This document shows, piece after piece, positions 37,514-47,571 of a stretch of DNA of 64,000 nucleotides (the stretch's first letter is position 1; each line of letters begins with the position of its first letter). The DNA is from a virus, in the IMG/VR virus record IMGVR_UViG_3300036939_000082, positions 124,943-188,942 of that record; one strand, 5' to 3'. Both the position numbers and the translations under genes were made by a program. The notes below the pieces were generated by a model. That model ran no database searches. It was given only the letters and a program-made list of their open reading frames with translations, and was not told the origin of the DNA.

Positions 37514-40309
37514 ATGGACTACTATATTTCGCCTGATGGAATCGATTCCAACCAAGGAACAATCACCGCTCCTTTTAAAACTCTCGACAAGGGTTTAAAC
37601 CAAGCGTCTGCGGGCGATCGCGTTATTATGCGCGGCGGAACTTACCGAAACAGAGCGGGGTGGTTTCAAGGAAAAGCGACAGCCAGCAATCCGGTTAGGG
37701 TTGAAGCGCATCCGGGCGAAACGGTTAATCTTTCTGCTTTTGGAGAACTCGTAGGTTGGGAACCTTTCGATCTGACTGGCGGTAAGGCTATTTACCGCGC
37801 TCCCATGCCTTTTACAATGTGCAATGAATCCTTACCAGCAGGTGAGGATTTATTGATATGGAACGGATCTGTATTGAACGAGGCGCAGTGGCCTCCTGCA
37901 AATATCAACAGCTATCCCCAGTCTATCGAGGGATGGGCCGCTGTTGAAGACGGTCAGTGGATCTCCGATCCCACCGTAGAAAAAGCAGACGTATTTGCAA
38001 AAATTTACGATAGCGATTTGTTGGATTTCCCTGACAATTCCTTGGTCGGCACCTACATTACAATACTGCTTGGCGCTAGGTGGACACTGCTTTCTGGAAA
38101 AATAACGGCAAATCAAGGCAACAGCCTTACATTTGTGGCAAAATCTCCCGGAGGATCTTCATTTTACAAGCCCGACGGGCGCAGCCTTTATTTTTTGTTC
38201 GGCAGCCAACAATTTCTTTCTTATCCCGGCAGTTGGTGGCGAGATGCAGCATCTAAGACTGTTTACGCTTGGTTGCCAGACAGCAGCGATCCTGCTAAAG
38301 CGACAGTAGAAGCAAGACAAACAGACAGGTTAATCGACTATTGGTCGAGAAGTTACTACCAAAATTACAACTTGAATTTTATCGGTGCCGGAGTCAACAT
38401 CGCTAACGCAGCAGGCACAGTTTTTGAAGGTTGTACCTTCCAGTGGTATTCCCACCGACTTTACTGCCCTACATCGTGGGCGTGGATAAATCCGGCTCTG
38501 TACCACAACAGAGATGGGTTAACTTTGCGAGACTGTGATTTCGTGGACGCCGTGGGAAGTGTAGTAGCGCCGGAAGGCGCAGCGCTGGTAATCGAAAACT
38601 GTACTGCCATCAATACTGATGGAATCAACTTTGGAGGAGTAAATTCTCGGCTCGTTCAAAATACTGTGTGGAAATGCCCTTACGGAGTTATTAAACTCAG
38701 CAACGACCTTTCCAATTCAAAAGTAAAAAACAACGATATAGGTCACGGGGGCTTGTTTTTTACTGACGGCGGCTTGCTGCTAGTTGCTCGAACTGCAAGA
38801 GGTACATCCGTTGAAGTTTACAATAATTTATTGCAGGGAGGGCAGGGACTTTCTGACGGCAGCAAGGAATTTTACGGAACAGCGGGACTCTATTTTGAAG
38901 ACAACACCGCACAAATCAAGTTTCATCACAATATCATTGCCAAAGTTACATCTCCTAGCCTCAACATCTGCGGAGATTTAGAGAATGTCTTGTTTGTCAA
39001 CAATGTTTTTGATGATTCGTTAGGCATCGCTTGGTGGATGAACAAGCGGTATCATGGGTGCAAATTTATCAATAATTACGCTACCAAGTTTAATTCAGGT
39101 ACAAACGTCCATCCCGACATAGAATGTCGCCAAAACGCTTTCAAACAAATTAGTTTGCCAAACAATCTTTTGGCACCCGACCCCAAATTTAATCCCGATT
39201 ATTCTTTGCAGTCAGATTCCGTACTCAAGGGTGCGGGAACGGTTGTTAACAGTATCACCTCCACAACCCCCCCCGACATTGGGGCCTGGGAAGGAAATCG
39301 AGAACTGGTTGGAGCAGTCTTGAGAAAAAAAGATTTGTTGCAACTTCAGATTGCTGTTGCGGTAGTTGAGTCTTCCCTCAAAGTCGAGCTTTCCAACCTT
39401 CCTTTAGGGAGAAAGCCTGGTGCAGAATTTTCTTTGCGAGTCGGCGAAAGAATGGCTTTGAGATCGGGAGAAAAAGAATTTGTGGTTGAAGACTTTACCG
39501 CTGCTGGCAGTTCTCAGCAAATATGGGCAAGAATTAATTCGAGCGGTGATTGGCTTCAAATTGGAACGGCAAACATCGCTGCTCCCGGCGAGAACGGCGG
39601 TTCAGTCGATATTACCGAGCCACCGCCTGCAGTTAATTATCCCGCGCCACCGCCTCCCCCTCCCAATATCGTTTCAATTTCACCGGCGCGACCGATCGCC
39701 GGTGAAACGATTACCTTAAACGGCAGCAATTTTACCCCCGGTGCAGCAGTTAAATTTGGAGAGTTGCCCGGTTTAGATATTTCCGTCAAAAGCGCTACTT
39801 GGATTTCAGCAAAAATTCCTCAAGTTTCAGGCTCTGTGCTTGTTTGGGTTCAAAATAGCGACGGGTCAAATTCAAATATTGTCAGTTTGACGATCGACGA
39901 GATTCCCGTTCCCGCTCCCGCTCCCCCACCCGTTTCCATCCCCGCCCCGGTTCCGACCCCAACTTCCTCTCCAGCTCCTACCGAACCCGCTCAGCCTGTA
40001 GAATCAAATTTGCTTTGTCGGGCGATCGGCGATCGGGTTGAGTGTTGGGATCTCAACAAAGGTACTTGGGTTCTGTGGGTCGATCGCTCGGTAAAATCTT
40101 CTGAAAATTCTCAAGATGTTTTGGTTGAGATAATTCGTTCTCTAAGCGTGAGTTTACTTGCACAAGCCAATACAATCTCTAGATTGCAATCTAAGATTGA
40201 AGCACTGGAAACAACAAAAAGCAACCTTGAGTTGACGATCACCATTCTTCGAGGACATCAAACCAATATCGATTCCTCACACCGTCGAAATGAAAGGATG
40301 GATGATTGA
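37514..40309 (+). CDS. right-handed beta-helix (pectin-lyase-like/DUF1565-type) protein + IPT/TIG domain + Pro-rich linker + coiled coil
   Basis: N-terminus YYISPDG.DSNQGT..APFKTL..GL..A.AGD.V.MRGGTY, beta-helix Asn ladders (YFEDNT, FHHNII, FVNNVF), and IPT motif ISP...GETITLNGSNF. Confidence 0.8.
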   Translation: MDYYISPDGIDSNQGTITAPFKTLDKGLNQASAGDRVIMRGGTYRNRAGWFQGKATASNPVRVEAHPGETVNLSAFGELVGWEPFDLTGGKAIYRAPMPFTMCNESLPAGEDLLIWNGSVLNEAQWPPANINSYPQSIEGWAAVEDGQWISDPTVEKADVFAKIYDSDLLDFPDNSLVGTYITILLGARWTLLSGKITANQGNSLTFVAKSPGGSSFYKPDGRSLYFLFGSQQFLSYPGSWWRDAASKTVYAWLPDSSDPAKATVEARQTDRLIDYWSRSYYQNYNLNFIGAGVNIANAAGTVFEGCTFQWYSHRLYCPTSWAWINPALYHNRDGLTLRDCDFVDAVGSVVAPEGAALVIENCTAINTDGINFGGVNSRLVQNTVWKCPYGVIKLSNDLSNSKVKNNDIGHGGLFFTDGGLLLVARTARGTSVEVYNNLLQGGQGLSDGSKEFYGTAGLYFEDNTAQIKFHHNIIAKVTSPSLNICGDLENVLFVNNVFDDSLGIAWWMNKRYHGCKFINNYATKFNSGTNVHPDIECRQNAFKQISLPNNLLAPDPKFNPDYSLQSDSVLKGAGTVVNSITSTTPPDIGAWEGNRELVGAVLRKKDLLQLQIAVAVVESSLKVELSNLPLGRKPGAEFSLRVGERMALRSGEKEFVVEDFTAAGSSQQIWARINSSGDWLQIGTANIAAPGENGGSVDITEPPPAVNYPAPPPPPPNIVSISPARPIAGETITLNGSNFTPGAAVKFGELPGLDISVKSATWISAKIPQVSGSVLVWVQNSDGSNSNIVSLTIDEIPVPAPAPPPVSIPAPVPTPTSSPAPTEPAQPVESNLLCRAIGDRVECWDLNKGTWVLWVDRSVKSSENSQDVLVEIIRSLSVSLLAQANTISRLQSKIEALETTKSNLELTITILRGHQTNIDSSHRRNERMDD

Positions 40310-40379
40310 AAAAGATATAGATAAATTATACAAAAAAGGGCGATCGAAATATTTCAAATATTCCGATCGCCCTTTTTTA

Positions 40380-40700
40380 TCAACTGTTATTAAAAACAGA
40401 TGTAGTACACCCAACAGCTTCCAATGCTTTTACTACACTGTCTACTAATTTTGTTACATCAATACCTTGTGCAATTCGTAGATGTATTCTATTGTCGTCG
40501 CCGACACGATAGTTAATACCTCCCTGATTTTGCAAACCAATAAGCACTGACATAGCACTTGGTGCCTTGTTTAGATTTATACAAGTGATTGTCATAACTC
40601 CACTCAAAGAAAATATATTCTGACTAGCTTGATGCAAAATGTAAGTAATACTTACATCACTACAGTAAGAATCACTAATATTTAATGCCATTGAAATCAC
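40380..40700 (-). CDS. hypothetical protein (106 aa)
   Basis: AT-rich ORF with protein-like composition. Confidence 0.5.
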   Translation of the reverse strand: MISMALNISDSYCSDVSITYILHQASQNIFSLSGVMTITCINLNKAPSAMSVLIGLQNQGGINYRVGDDNRIHLRIAQGIDVTKLVDSVVKALEAVGCTTSVFNNS

Positions 40701-40964
40701 CTTTTGTTTTAGACTATATACTTATTATATCATAAATGATAATAAAAAACAGTATTGAAATATTACAATTACCTGCAACCAAAATCAAAACAGACAAAAT
40801 CACCCCACCATCTCAACTCGCGGTAAAAACTGACGCGCCAAAACAAGCGAAACTACCATTGACATTATACTTTAAAAATAAGAGAGTGAGTAAATTGAAG
40901 AAACCATGATAACCACACAACAATACTTATTTTTGATACAGCCACTTACAACAAATTGCTTACT

Positions 40965-41039
40965 GAGGCACTGGAATCGACAAAAAGTAACCTTGAATTG
41001 ACGATCGCCATCCTTCGAGCGCATCAAGCCAATATAGAT
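40965..41039 (+). pseudogene. diverged copy of the 3' end of the beta-helix gene
   Basis: 64/75 nt identical to 40199..40273 (EALESTKSNLELTIAILRAHQANID). No in-frame ATG. Confidence 0.7.
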
Positions 41040-41125
41040 ATCTCAAGAAATTAAAGCTAGTTTGATGTAGCATAGTATTGAACTTTCATGTTATGATATA
41101 AGCAAATGAAAGTAACACAAAAACA

Positions 41126-41422
41126 ATGACAATTCAAAAATCTGATATCGCAGCAATTGACAAAAAACAGATAGAAGCTATCGCTTTAGCTGTAAAAAAA
41201 TACAATCGGTTAAATATTGATCTAGATTTAGCGACAAGAATATGTCGCTCAAAAGCTCCAAAAAACGACGTGCATTCACTCCCTTATTGGGAATCAAAAG
41301 AACATAAAGCTTTGTGGAAAAAAATGCAAGTTTTATCCGTAGATGAATTGGCTCAAGATTTTGGGAGCCAAATCTCAAATCCAAGAATTTTGGAATATTA
41401 TGTTCCAGAAGATGAAATGTGA
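41126..41422 (+). CDS. hypothetical protein (98 aa)
   Basis: ACAAAAACAATG leader and downstream terminator. Confidence 0.65.
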   Translation: MTIQKSDIAAIDKKQIEAIALAVKKYNRLNIDLDLATRICRSKAPKNDVHSLPYWESKEHKALWKKMQVLSVDELAQDFGSQISNPRILEYYVPEDEM

Positions 41423-41486
41423 CCAAGTACACCAATTTTTCGTCCGGCGTTAAACTTGTTTTGACCATCTATTAGTCACGGACATC

Positions 41487-41520
41487 AAAAGCCCCTTAGC
41501 GTTTAACTAAGGGGCTTTTT
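41487..41520 (+). terminator. intrinsic terminator
   Basis: AAAAGCCCCTTAG-loop-CTAAGGGGCTTTTT. Confidence 0.8.
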
Positions 41521-41712
41521 GTTTGTAAGTTTTTAGCTAATTCGTATTGCTAAAACAAACAAAGCAGCCCCACATTTGAATTGGTGAGACTGCAATCGAA
41601 GTCGCTCGATTAGCTTGAAACACAGCGAACTACCTAGAAAAGCAAGATATTGCTATGTTAGCACAGGTTTGACAAAACCAAAAATTCTATGGTAAGAAGA
41701 GTATACAGATTT

Positions 41713-42033
41713 TTAAAATTTTAGCGGGCGATCGCGTCTAACAAATACAGCGCTTGACGGGCGATCGCCATGTATTGCCACCGCCATCACCCCGTCCGAT
41801 CCCCGACAACACCCGCAACACCCACAACATTCACAGTTCTTTGTCTTCGATTTCAAATCCATTAATTGCTTGAGAACCTCTGGCGAGACACGTACCACAG
41901 AATTTGTACGCTTGCGATTTAAATTTTGATCTGCTGCAATTTTAATAAGTACCAAGTACATCTCAATAATCTCCTCGTGAGACAAAGTTACAGGGTCTGA
42001 CTCTTGAACTAAACTTGTCATAAATAATCCCAA
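41713..42033 (-). CDS. hypothetical protein with CECCGCCGCC cysteine cluster
   Basis: 106-aa ORF. Confidence 0.5.
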   Translation of the reverse strand: MGLFMTSLVQESDPVTLSHEEIIEMYLVLIKIAADQNLNRKRTNSVVRVSPEVLKQLMDLKSKTKNCECCGCCGCCRGSDGVMAVAIHGDRPSSAVFVRRDRPLKF

Positions 42034-42229
42034 GTAATGATTTCATTTTTACTAATTTTAGCAAAAATGAACCCGATCACCCGCAACTCCCATCCAAATC
42101 TACATAATGCCACCACAATCAAGTCGCAGCAAAGAATCACTGCGCCGGAACTGGCGGAACTGCCATTGACATCACATCTTCAAAAAAAAGCATGAGTATA
42201 TTGAAAAAGCCACAAGGAAACCACATGAT

Positions 42230-43723
42230 TAATAAAAACGGGATACAAGCCTCGTCCTTTCCTTTTAGGAAGACTTTAGTTAAGAATTGTGGATAACCGA
42301 AAATATACTTTGTCAGAATGCTACGGTTAGGTAGGAGGGTAGAACAAATGTTTCATTTAACCTACGAGTTCAAACTGAAACCAACGACAGCACAAACAGT
42401 TATACTTGAAGACTGGGTGGAACAGTGCCGTCGCGTCTATAATTACGCGCTAGCTGAACGCAAACATTGGTTTCAATCTCGTAGCTGTCAGATTAACGCT
42501 TGCTCTATTCGTTCCGAATTCATCATTCCTGCTGAAACAAAACGACCAACCTATGCCAGTCAGTGCAAAAACCTAACAACTGCTAGGGCAAACATCCCTG
42601 AGTTGGGAGCGGTGCAGGTTCACGTTTTGCAGCAAACACTGCGAAGACTTGAAAAAGCTTTCGTCAGTATGTGGGAACAGAAGCACGGCTTTCCTCGTTT
42701 CAAGAAAACTGGCACAATGCGGTCTTTCGTTTTTCCTGAGCTGGGGGTTAACCCAGTTCGGAACGGGGCGGTAAAATTGCCCAAGATCGGCTTGGTCAAG
42801 TTTCACCAGTCGCGCCCTATTCCCGACGGTGCGATTATCAAGCAAGCGAGAATAGTCAAGAGAGCTAGTGGCTGGTACGTGATGCTAACCTTGCAATGGG
42901 ACGTGTCAGTGCCGTCTGTCATGCCACACGGCGAAGCTCTTGGGATAGATGTCGGTCTAACAAACTTCATCGCAACCTCTAACGGTCTTTTAATCAAGCG
43001 CCAAAAGTTTTTCGTTGATGCCGAACGCAAGCTTAAATTGCTGCAAAAAAGGGTCAGTCGCAAAAAAACGGGTTCCAATAATCGACTGAAAGCTCAAAAA
43101 AAAGTTGCTAAGTTTCACGAGTACATTGCCAACTGTCGTAAAGATTGGCACTGGAAATTGGCGCACCAACTATGCAAAGACGCGGGCATGATTTTTGTCG
43201 AAGACTTGAACCTCGTTGGCTTAGCTAAAGCGATGCTGGGAAAACATTGCTTGGACGCAGGTTGGGGTCAGTTTTTCACTATCTTAGGTCAAGCCTGTTT
43301 CAAGCATGGCGTGTACTTCCAAAAAGTAAGCGCCCACAAAACAAGTCAAATTTGTCCTAGTTGCGGAGTGGAAACTGGGAAAAAAGAATTGTCGGAGCGC
43401 GTACATTCGTGTTCTAGCTGTGGTTACACCACCGATAGGGATGTAGCAGCCGCGCAAGTAGTTCTAATTAGAGGACTTGCAGCCGTGGGACACACGGTGA
43501 AGATGCTTGGGGAGGGTAAATTCATTGGAATCCCTGCGAACCAAGAATCCTTATTCTAGGAATCTCAAGAGCTTGGTTCTTGGTAAGGATTGTCAAATAA
43601 ATGGTTGACATAGTTAGTTAATTGCAGCCGTAGGGCATACGGTCAAGAAGCTTTCTGAGGGTTAACTCAGTAGAGTCCCTGTGAAGAAAGAATCCCCACG
43701 CCTTCAGGTTGGGGGAGTGTCAA
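42230..43723 (+). mobile_element. IS200/IS605-family (IS1341-like, tnpB only) element with two tandem right ends
   Basis: Left-end hairpin after ATGAT; right ends GAAT...TCAA at 43596 and 43723. Removing 42230..43723 rejoins ATG ATA AGC CTC ACT ATT GAT in frame. Confidence 0.75.
42348..43559 (+). CDS. tnpB: RNA-guided endonuclease TnpB
   Basis: RuvC motifs GIDVGL, FVEDL and DRDVAAA; zinc finger CPSCG...CSSCG. Confidence 0.92.
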   Translation: MFHLTYEFKLKPTTAQTVILEDWVEQCRRVYNYALAERKHWFQSRSCQINACSIRSEFIIPAETKRPTYASQCKNLTTARANIPELGAVQVHVLQQTLRRLEKAFVSMWEQKHGFPRFKKTGTMRSFVFPELGVNPVRNGAVKLPKIGLVKFHQSRPIPDGAIIKQARIVKRASGWYVMLTLQWDVSVPSVMPHGEALGIDVGLTNFIATSNGLLIKRQKFFVDAERKLKLLQKRVSRKKTGSNNRLKAQKKVAKFHEYIANCRKDWHWKLAHQLCKDAGMIFVEDLNLVGLAKAMLGKHCLDAGWGQFFTILGQACFKHGVYFQKVSAHKTSQICPSCGVETGKKELSERVHSCSSCGYTTDRDVAAAQVVLIRGLAAVGHTVKMLGEGKFIGIPANQESLF

Positions 43724-44119
43724 AAGCCTCACTATTGATGAAATCAATTATAGTAAATTGCTTGCAGAAATTGTTCCTAGGGCGATCGCCAGCAAGAGGA
43801 ATACGATCGCCTCCTAGCTGTAGCGGAACGGTTAACGTTTGCTAAAAACCTCACTCCAGAAGAAAAAGTTTTGTACAAGCTGTTAATCACGCTGATTAAA
43901 GTTTACGAGACAAAAAAATATCCGATGGACAAATCCGAGCCTCATGAGATTTTGCAACACGTTATGGAGTCCAGCGGCACCCGTCAAGCGGATTTGGTAG
44001 GTATCGTAGGATCGAGCGGTGTGGTGTCTGAAGTTGTCAACGGGAAAAGAGCGATTAGCAAGGCACAAGCTAAGGCACTAGGCGATTATTTTAAAATTTC
44101 ACCTAATTTGTTTATTTGA
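43724..44119 (+). pseudogene. higA: HigA-like HTH antitoxin, IS-interrupted at codon 2 and frameshifted near 43795
   Basis: SLTIDEINYSKLLAEIVPRAIAS / EEYDRLLAVAERL...EILQHVMES...QADLVGIVGSSGVVSEVVNGKRAISKAQAKALGDYF lies in two frames. Start ATG is at 42225. Confidence 0.75.
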
Positions 44120-44957
44120 TTGGCAAAGTTACATCTTTCCAAGCATCTCCTAGGGCGATCGCCCCAATAAAACGCTGCGAAACTCCAAATAAACTAGCAA
44201 TTTCTCTACGACTTTTTCCTTGAGCAAGCATCGTTTTAATTTGCAATACGTCATCTGATTGAAGCTTTTTAACCTGAATAGAAGGCTCACAAAAACAGGT
44301 GATATCAATATTCACATTTCTCCAGGTATTTTCTCGTTCTATTTCTCCTATCGTATGCTGCGAAACTTCAAACAAATCAGCAATCTTTTTTTGGGTAATT
44401 CCGCCGTGAGCAAGCATCATCTTAATTAATACAACATCTCTATAGTTAAGCTTACTACCAATACCTTTCCTATGTCTGCTATTTATACTTCCTATGTGTT
44501 TCCAATTTGTACCCGAATTGATTTTATCAATCGCAGAAATAGTTACATTAAATTGTTTCGCTATCTCTCTAAAACTAAGCCTATCTTCGCACAATAATTG
44601 TTTAATTTCTACAATCTGAGAGTCAGTAAGTTTAGAACTTGGAACTTGAGTTCCTTTCAACTGACGATCCTTTTTTACCTTGTCTGTATTGTTATCTGCG
44701 TAAGTCCCCAACCAGAGATGTTCGGGATTAATGCAAGAAGGATTGTCGCAAGTATGGCAGACACAAAGCTCCCCTGGTGATTCGTTTTTAAAAACCTCAT
44801 AAACCACGCGAGCAAGTTGACGAATCTCCCCGTCAACCGTTATCTTGGGTCGCCCATCTTTTGGGTTAATATAATAATCTGTGAGCCAACAACCTTCTTT
44901 TGATATAACGTGTGACTCAATCCTCTGCTTTAGCGGTCGTTTTTTGTATTTCTTCAC
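44112..44957 (-). CDS. HNH homing-type endonuclease with three tandem C-terminal HTH repeats
   Basis: CHTCDNPSCINPEHLWLGTYADNNTD, then 3x KL....EIK.ML...REIA..F.VS...I..I..G..W. Confidence 0.85.
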   Translation of the reverse strand: MKKYKKRPLKQRIESHVISKEGCWLTDYYINPKDGRPKITVDGEIRQLARVVYEVFKNESPGELCVCHTCDNPSCINPEHLWLGTYADNNTDKVKKDRQLKGTQVPSSKLTDSQIVEIKQLLCEDRLSFREIAKQFNVTISAIDKINSGTNWKHIGSINSRHRKGIGSKLNYRDVVLIKMMLAHGGITQKKIADLFEVSQHTIGEIERENTWRNVNIDITCFCEPSIQVKKLQSDDVLQIKTMLAQGKSRREIASLFGVSQRFIGAIALGDAWKDVTLPIK

Positions 44958-45268
44958 GAGATGAACTCGATATCAACGTACTTTTGTTTAATAATTATAT
45001 CTCACCAAGGTAGTAACCGATCGCCCGCTCTACAATTTCAGCCTGTTCTGGGGTTAGCTCAATATTCATGCTTTAATGTCCAATAACTGTAGTTCTGATT
45101 TTAGCACATGGATATTGCAGGGCAGGCGATCGCCCAAAAAAAATCCGTTCGTTATCCTGCCTACAGCAAGTAGTTTTATTATAGTTAAACAAACAACGAG
45201 CGAAATAGAGCTAGAATGTGTTAGTAAAGTCTAAGAATACACATTAACAGCAATTTGGTGTTCTGTTT

Positions 45269-45838
45269 ATGTCTAAGCGCAAAAAGCAAGAATGGCTCAA
45301 GGAAACTCTAGAACTCAAAGAAGACCACAATTGGAAAGCAAAGCCTGGGACTCGAATTTTTGTAGCAGGAAGAGGTGCAGTCCGCTTTGATGTCCCAGAA
45401 GATTGGCACCTTGAACTGGATACTAATTCGTTCCGGTTTACGGATAAAAAACCGCCGGATGATGATTGTCGTTTGGAGGTTTCGTTTAATTTGCTACCAC
45501 CTGGTGACTGGGCAGATTTTCCGCTGGTGCCGCTATTACAGAAGGTACTTGAAGAAGAGACGCGGAATCCGATTGTTCCTAGGGAAATTATCCAATTGAA
45601 ACGGCAAACTGCCCGCGTTGTTTGGACTGAATTTAAGTTTATTGACCCTCCAAAGCAGCGGGAAGCTTATTCACGAATTTGTATCGGACTGGGTTCTAAC
45701 GTTCAGTGTTTAATTACTTTTGATTACTGGGTTGACGATGCTGAACGTTTGACTCCTGTATGGGATACAGTAATAGATTCTTTAATTTTGGGTTTGTTTA
45801 TTAGCGACCCTCAAACTGGGTTCGCACGTCCAGACTAA
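45269..45838 (+). CDS. hypothetical protein, cyanobacterial-like (possible PsbP/Mog1-like fold)
   Basis: 189-aa ORF with VRFDVPEDW and CLITFDYW...W..V..SL patterns. Confidence 0.6.
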   Translation: MSKRKKQEWLKETLELKEDHNWKAKPGTRIFVAGRGAVRFDVPEDWHLELDTNSFRFTDKKPPDDDCRLEVSFNLLPPGDWADFPLVPLLQKVLEEETRNPIVPREIIQLKRQTARVVWTEFKFIDPPKQREAYSRICIGLGSNVQCLITFDYWVDDAERLTPVWDTVIDSLILGLFISDPQTGFARPD

Positions 45839-46098
45839 CCAAATCTTCTAGAAAACTTTCAGGAGCTAATACCCTCGCTTCTTCAGGTACAATATTATTC
45901 CAATCCATGAAAAACCTCACTTTCTAATATCGTTTAACTTTGCTTTTTGTTTCGGGCGATCACCCGAAACAAAAAGCAATACACATCAATATCGTTCTGC
46001 ACCACGCCAAATCAAGCTTGTTATCCTATGAGGATATTTTTTGAGAAACTTGATATAATTGGGAAAACAACGCAGTTACAATAATTTTAAACAACAGC

Positions 46099-46254
46099 AT
46101 GAAAACTGGATATCGTCCTAACCCCTTGGAAAGATTAGCTTTCCGACAACAGCTAAGAAATGCAGAAATTTTAGGGATGTTGATAGGTGCATTTTTTCGT
46201 CTAGCCTTTTTTGGTCTTGCGGCATTCGCATTACTTAAATTTTTGTTGCGCTAA
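46099..46254 (+). CDS. small membrane protein (51 aa)
   Basis: Below the track cutoff: MKTGYRPNPLERLAFRQQLRNAEILGMLIGAFFRLAFFGLAAFALLKFLLR. Confidence 0.55.
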   Translation: MKTGYRPNPLERLAFRQQLRNAEILGMLIGAFFRLAFFGLAAFALLKFLLR

Positions 46255-46530
46255 AACAGAAGAATGCGGGCGATCGTGCTATCCTAGAACAAGAAATGAA
46301 CAGACCGCAAAAAATAAATATATAGCCCGTTAGGGATGTTGTGATCGCCGGAGGCAAAAAAAATGAAGTAGAAAACAGATGTCCGGTGTTTTGATTGCTA
46401 CAGACAGAAAGTAAAACCGTTCGATAGGAGTGTCGAACGGTTTTTTTGTATCAACGATCGCTTGTTTTACAATTTCAACTTGTTCGAGTAATTTGTGATA
46501 TAGTTAGACAACATCTAACAACTAAAAACA

Positions 46531-46962
46531 ATGACAGACACCCCCGATCGTTATGTACACCCAAAAGAAATTCTTGAGACAGGAACGCCGGTTAAACACA
46601 CGGTAAATGGTGCAGAAATGATGTGGGTAGTAGACTTCGATCTGCAAATCGCTACTCTTGGTCCTCGTCTAATGTACGAAAGGAAAGATTGGCTAGGCTT
46701 TGCTGCGCCTAATCGAGATTGGTTTCTTCAGTTCTTAAAAGCGCAGCAATCAAAAGCTACAGAAGGAACTGAAAAGTCTTTACAAGCTTGGCTGAATGAG
46801 GGTGTTACTTTAGTTCCTGTATTTGACGACGCACCCCACACCTCTTTTTATGTAGGCTTTTATCTTGGAGACGTACCGTACAGTATTGGTTTAAGAAAGT
46901 TTGACCGAAAATCAGGTATTAGTGATTTCATAAACGAAATCGTTAAAATTAATGGGAGATAG
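46531..46962 (+). CDS. hypothetical protein (143 aa)
   Basis: AAAAACAATG leader. Confidence 0.7.
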   Translation: MTDTPDRYVHPKEILETGTPVKHTVNGAEMMWVVDFDLQIATLGPRLMYERKDWLGFAAPNRDWFLQFLKAQQSKATEGTEKSLQAWLNEGVTLVPVFDDAPHTSFYVGFYLGDVPYSIGLRKFDRKSGISDFINEIVKINGR

Positions 46963-47139
46963 CTTGATTATTCAATAGGTAAATTTTGTTATGCAGGCGA
47001 TCGGTTTGTCTTAAATTTGCTCAACTCACCGATCACCCACCGCTAAATCTTTCCGGAATAGTGATACAATCTAAAAAGGTTGTGAATATCAACATTTGTC
47101 TCCTGACAAGTTCAGTTACATAAAACAAAAAACAAATAC

Positions 47140-47430
47140 ATGGACACTACCCCGTTTTTTGATCCCAAGAAAAATCCACCTCCCAAAAATGGAAGTTTTC
47201 TTCTTTTGTTGGTTAAAGCTGATAGGGACAACTGGTGTCCCACAGAAGATAGGGAAATTTTTAGAACTATTGGTTTCAATGATTTCGATGAAAATGGGGA
47301 AAGCGATACTTGGCGCTGCGTTGGATGGGACTGGTGCATGGATGAGATAGTTGAAACTACAGGCGAAATTCTTGGATGGCTCCCTATGCCTGATATTCCT
47401 AAGTATTTCCTTGAGCAAACTGACGATTAG
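47140..47430 (+). CDS. hypothetical phage protein (96 aa)
   Basis: PPKNGSFLLL...GWLPMP pattern common in small phage proteins; followed by a terminator. Confidence 0.65.
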   Translation: MDTTPFFDPKKNPPPKNGSFLLLLVKADRDNWCPTEDREIFRTIGFNDFDENGESDTWRCVGWDWCMDEIVETTGEILGWLPMPDIPKYFLEQTDD

Positions 47431-47460
47431 TAAAAAGCTGCAGGAGATCTGTAAAATCTA

Positions 47461-47497
47461 AAAAAGCCCCTCAGCAATTAACTAACGGGCTTTTTTA
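47461..47497. terminator. intrinsic terminator between convergent genes
   Basis: AAAAAGCCC...GGGCTTTTTT. Confidence 0.6.
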
Positions 47498-47571
47498 GTG
47501 TACTGTAGATTGCGGGCGATCGCCCGCACTATCAAAAAAGCAATGCACATCAATACCGTTTTACACTACTT

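Noticed and set aside
40199-41039. Possible diversity-generating retroelement TR/VR pair (also 48544 vs 49639)
   Set aside because: Differences are not adenine-restricted (5 of 11 at non-A positions, mostly synonymous), and no reverse transcriptase is present in the window.
37398-41520. AAAGCCCC... hairpins as IS608-like left ends
   Set aside because: They are symmetric A/T-flanked stems right after stop codons, with no transposase or right end, so they fit intrinsic terminators.
42061-42224. HigB toxin expected upstream of higA
   Set aside because: The three forward frames show no HigB-like motifs.
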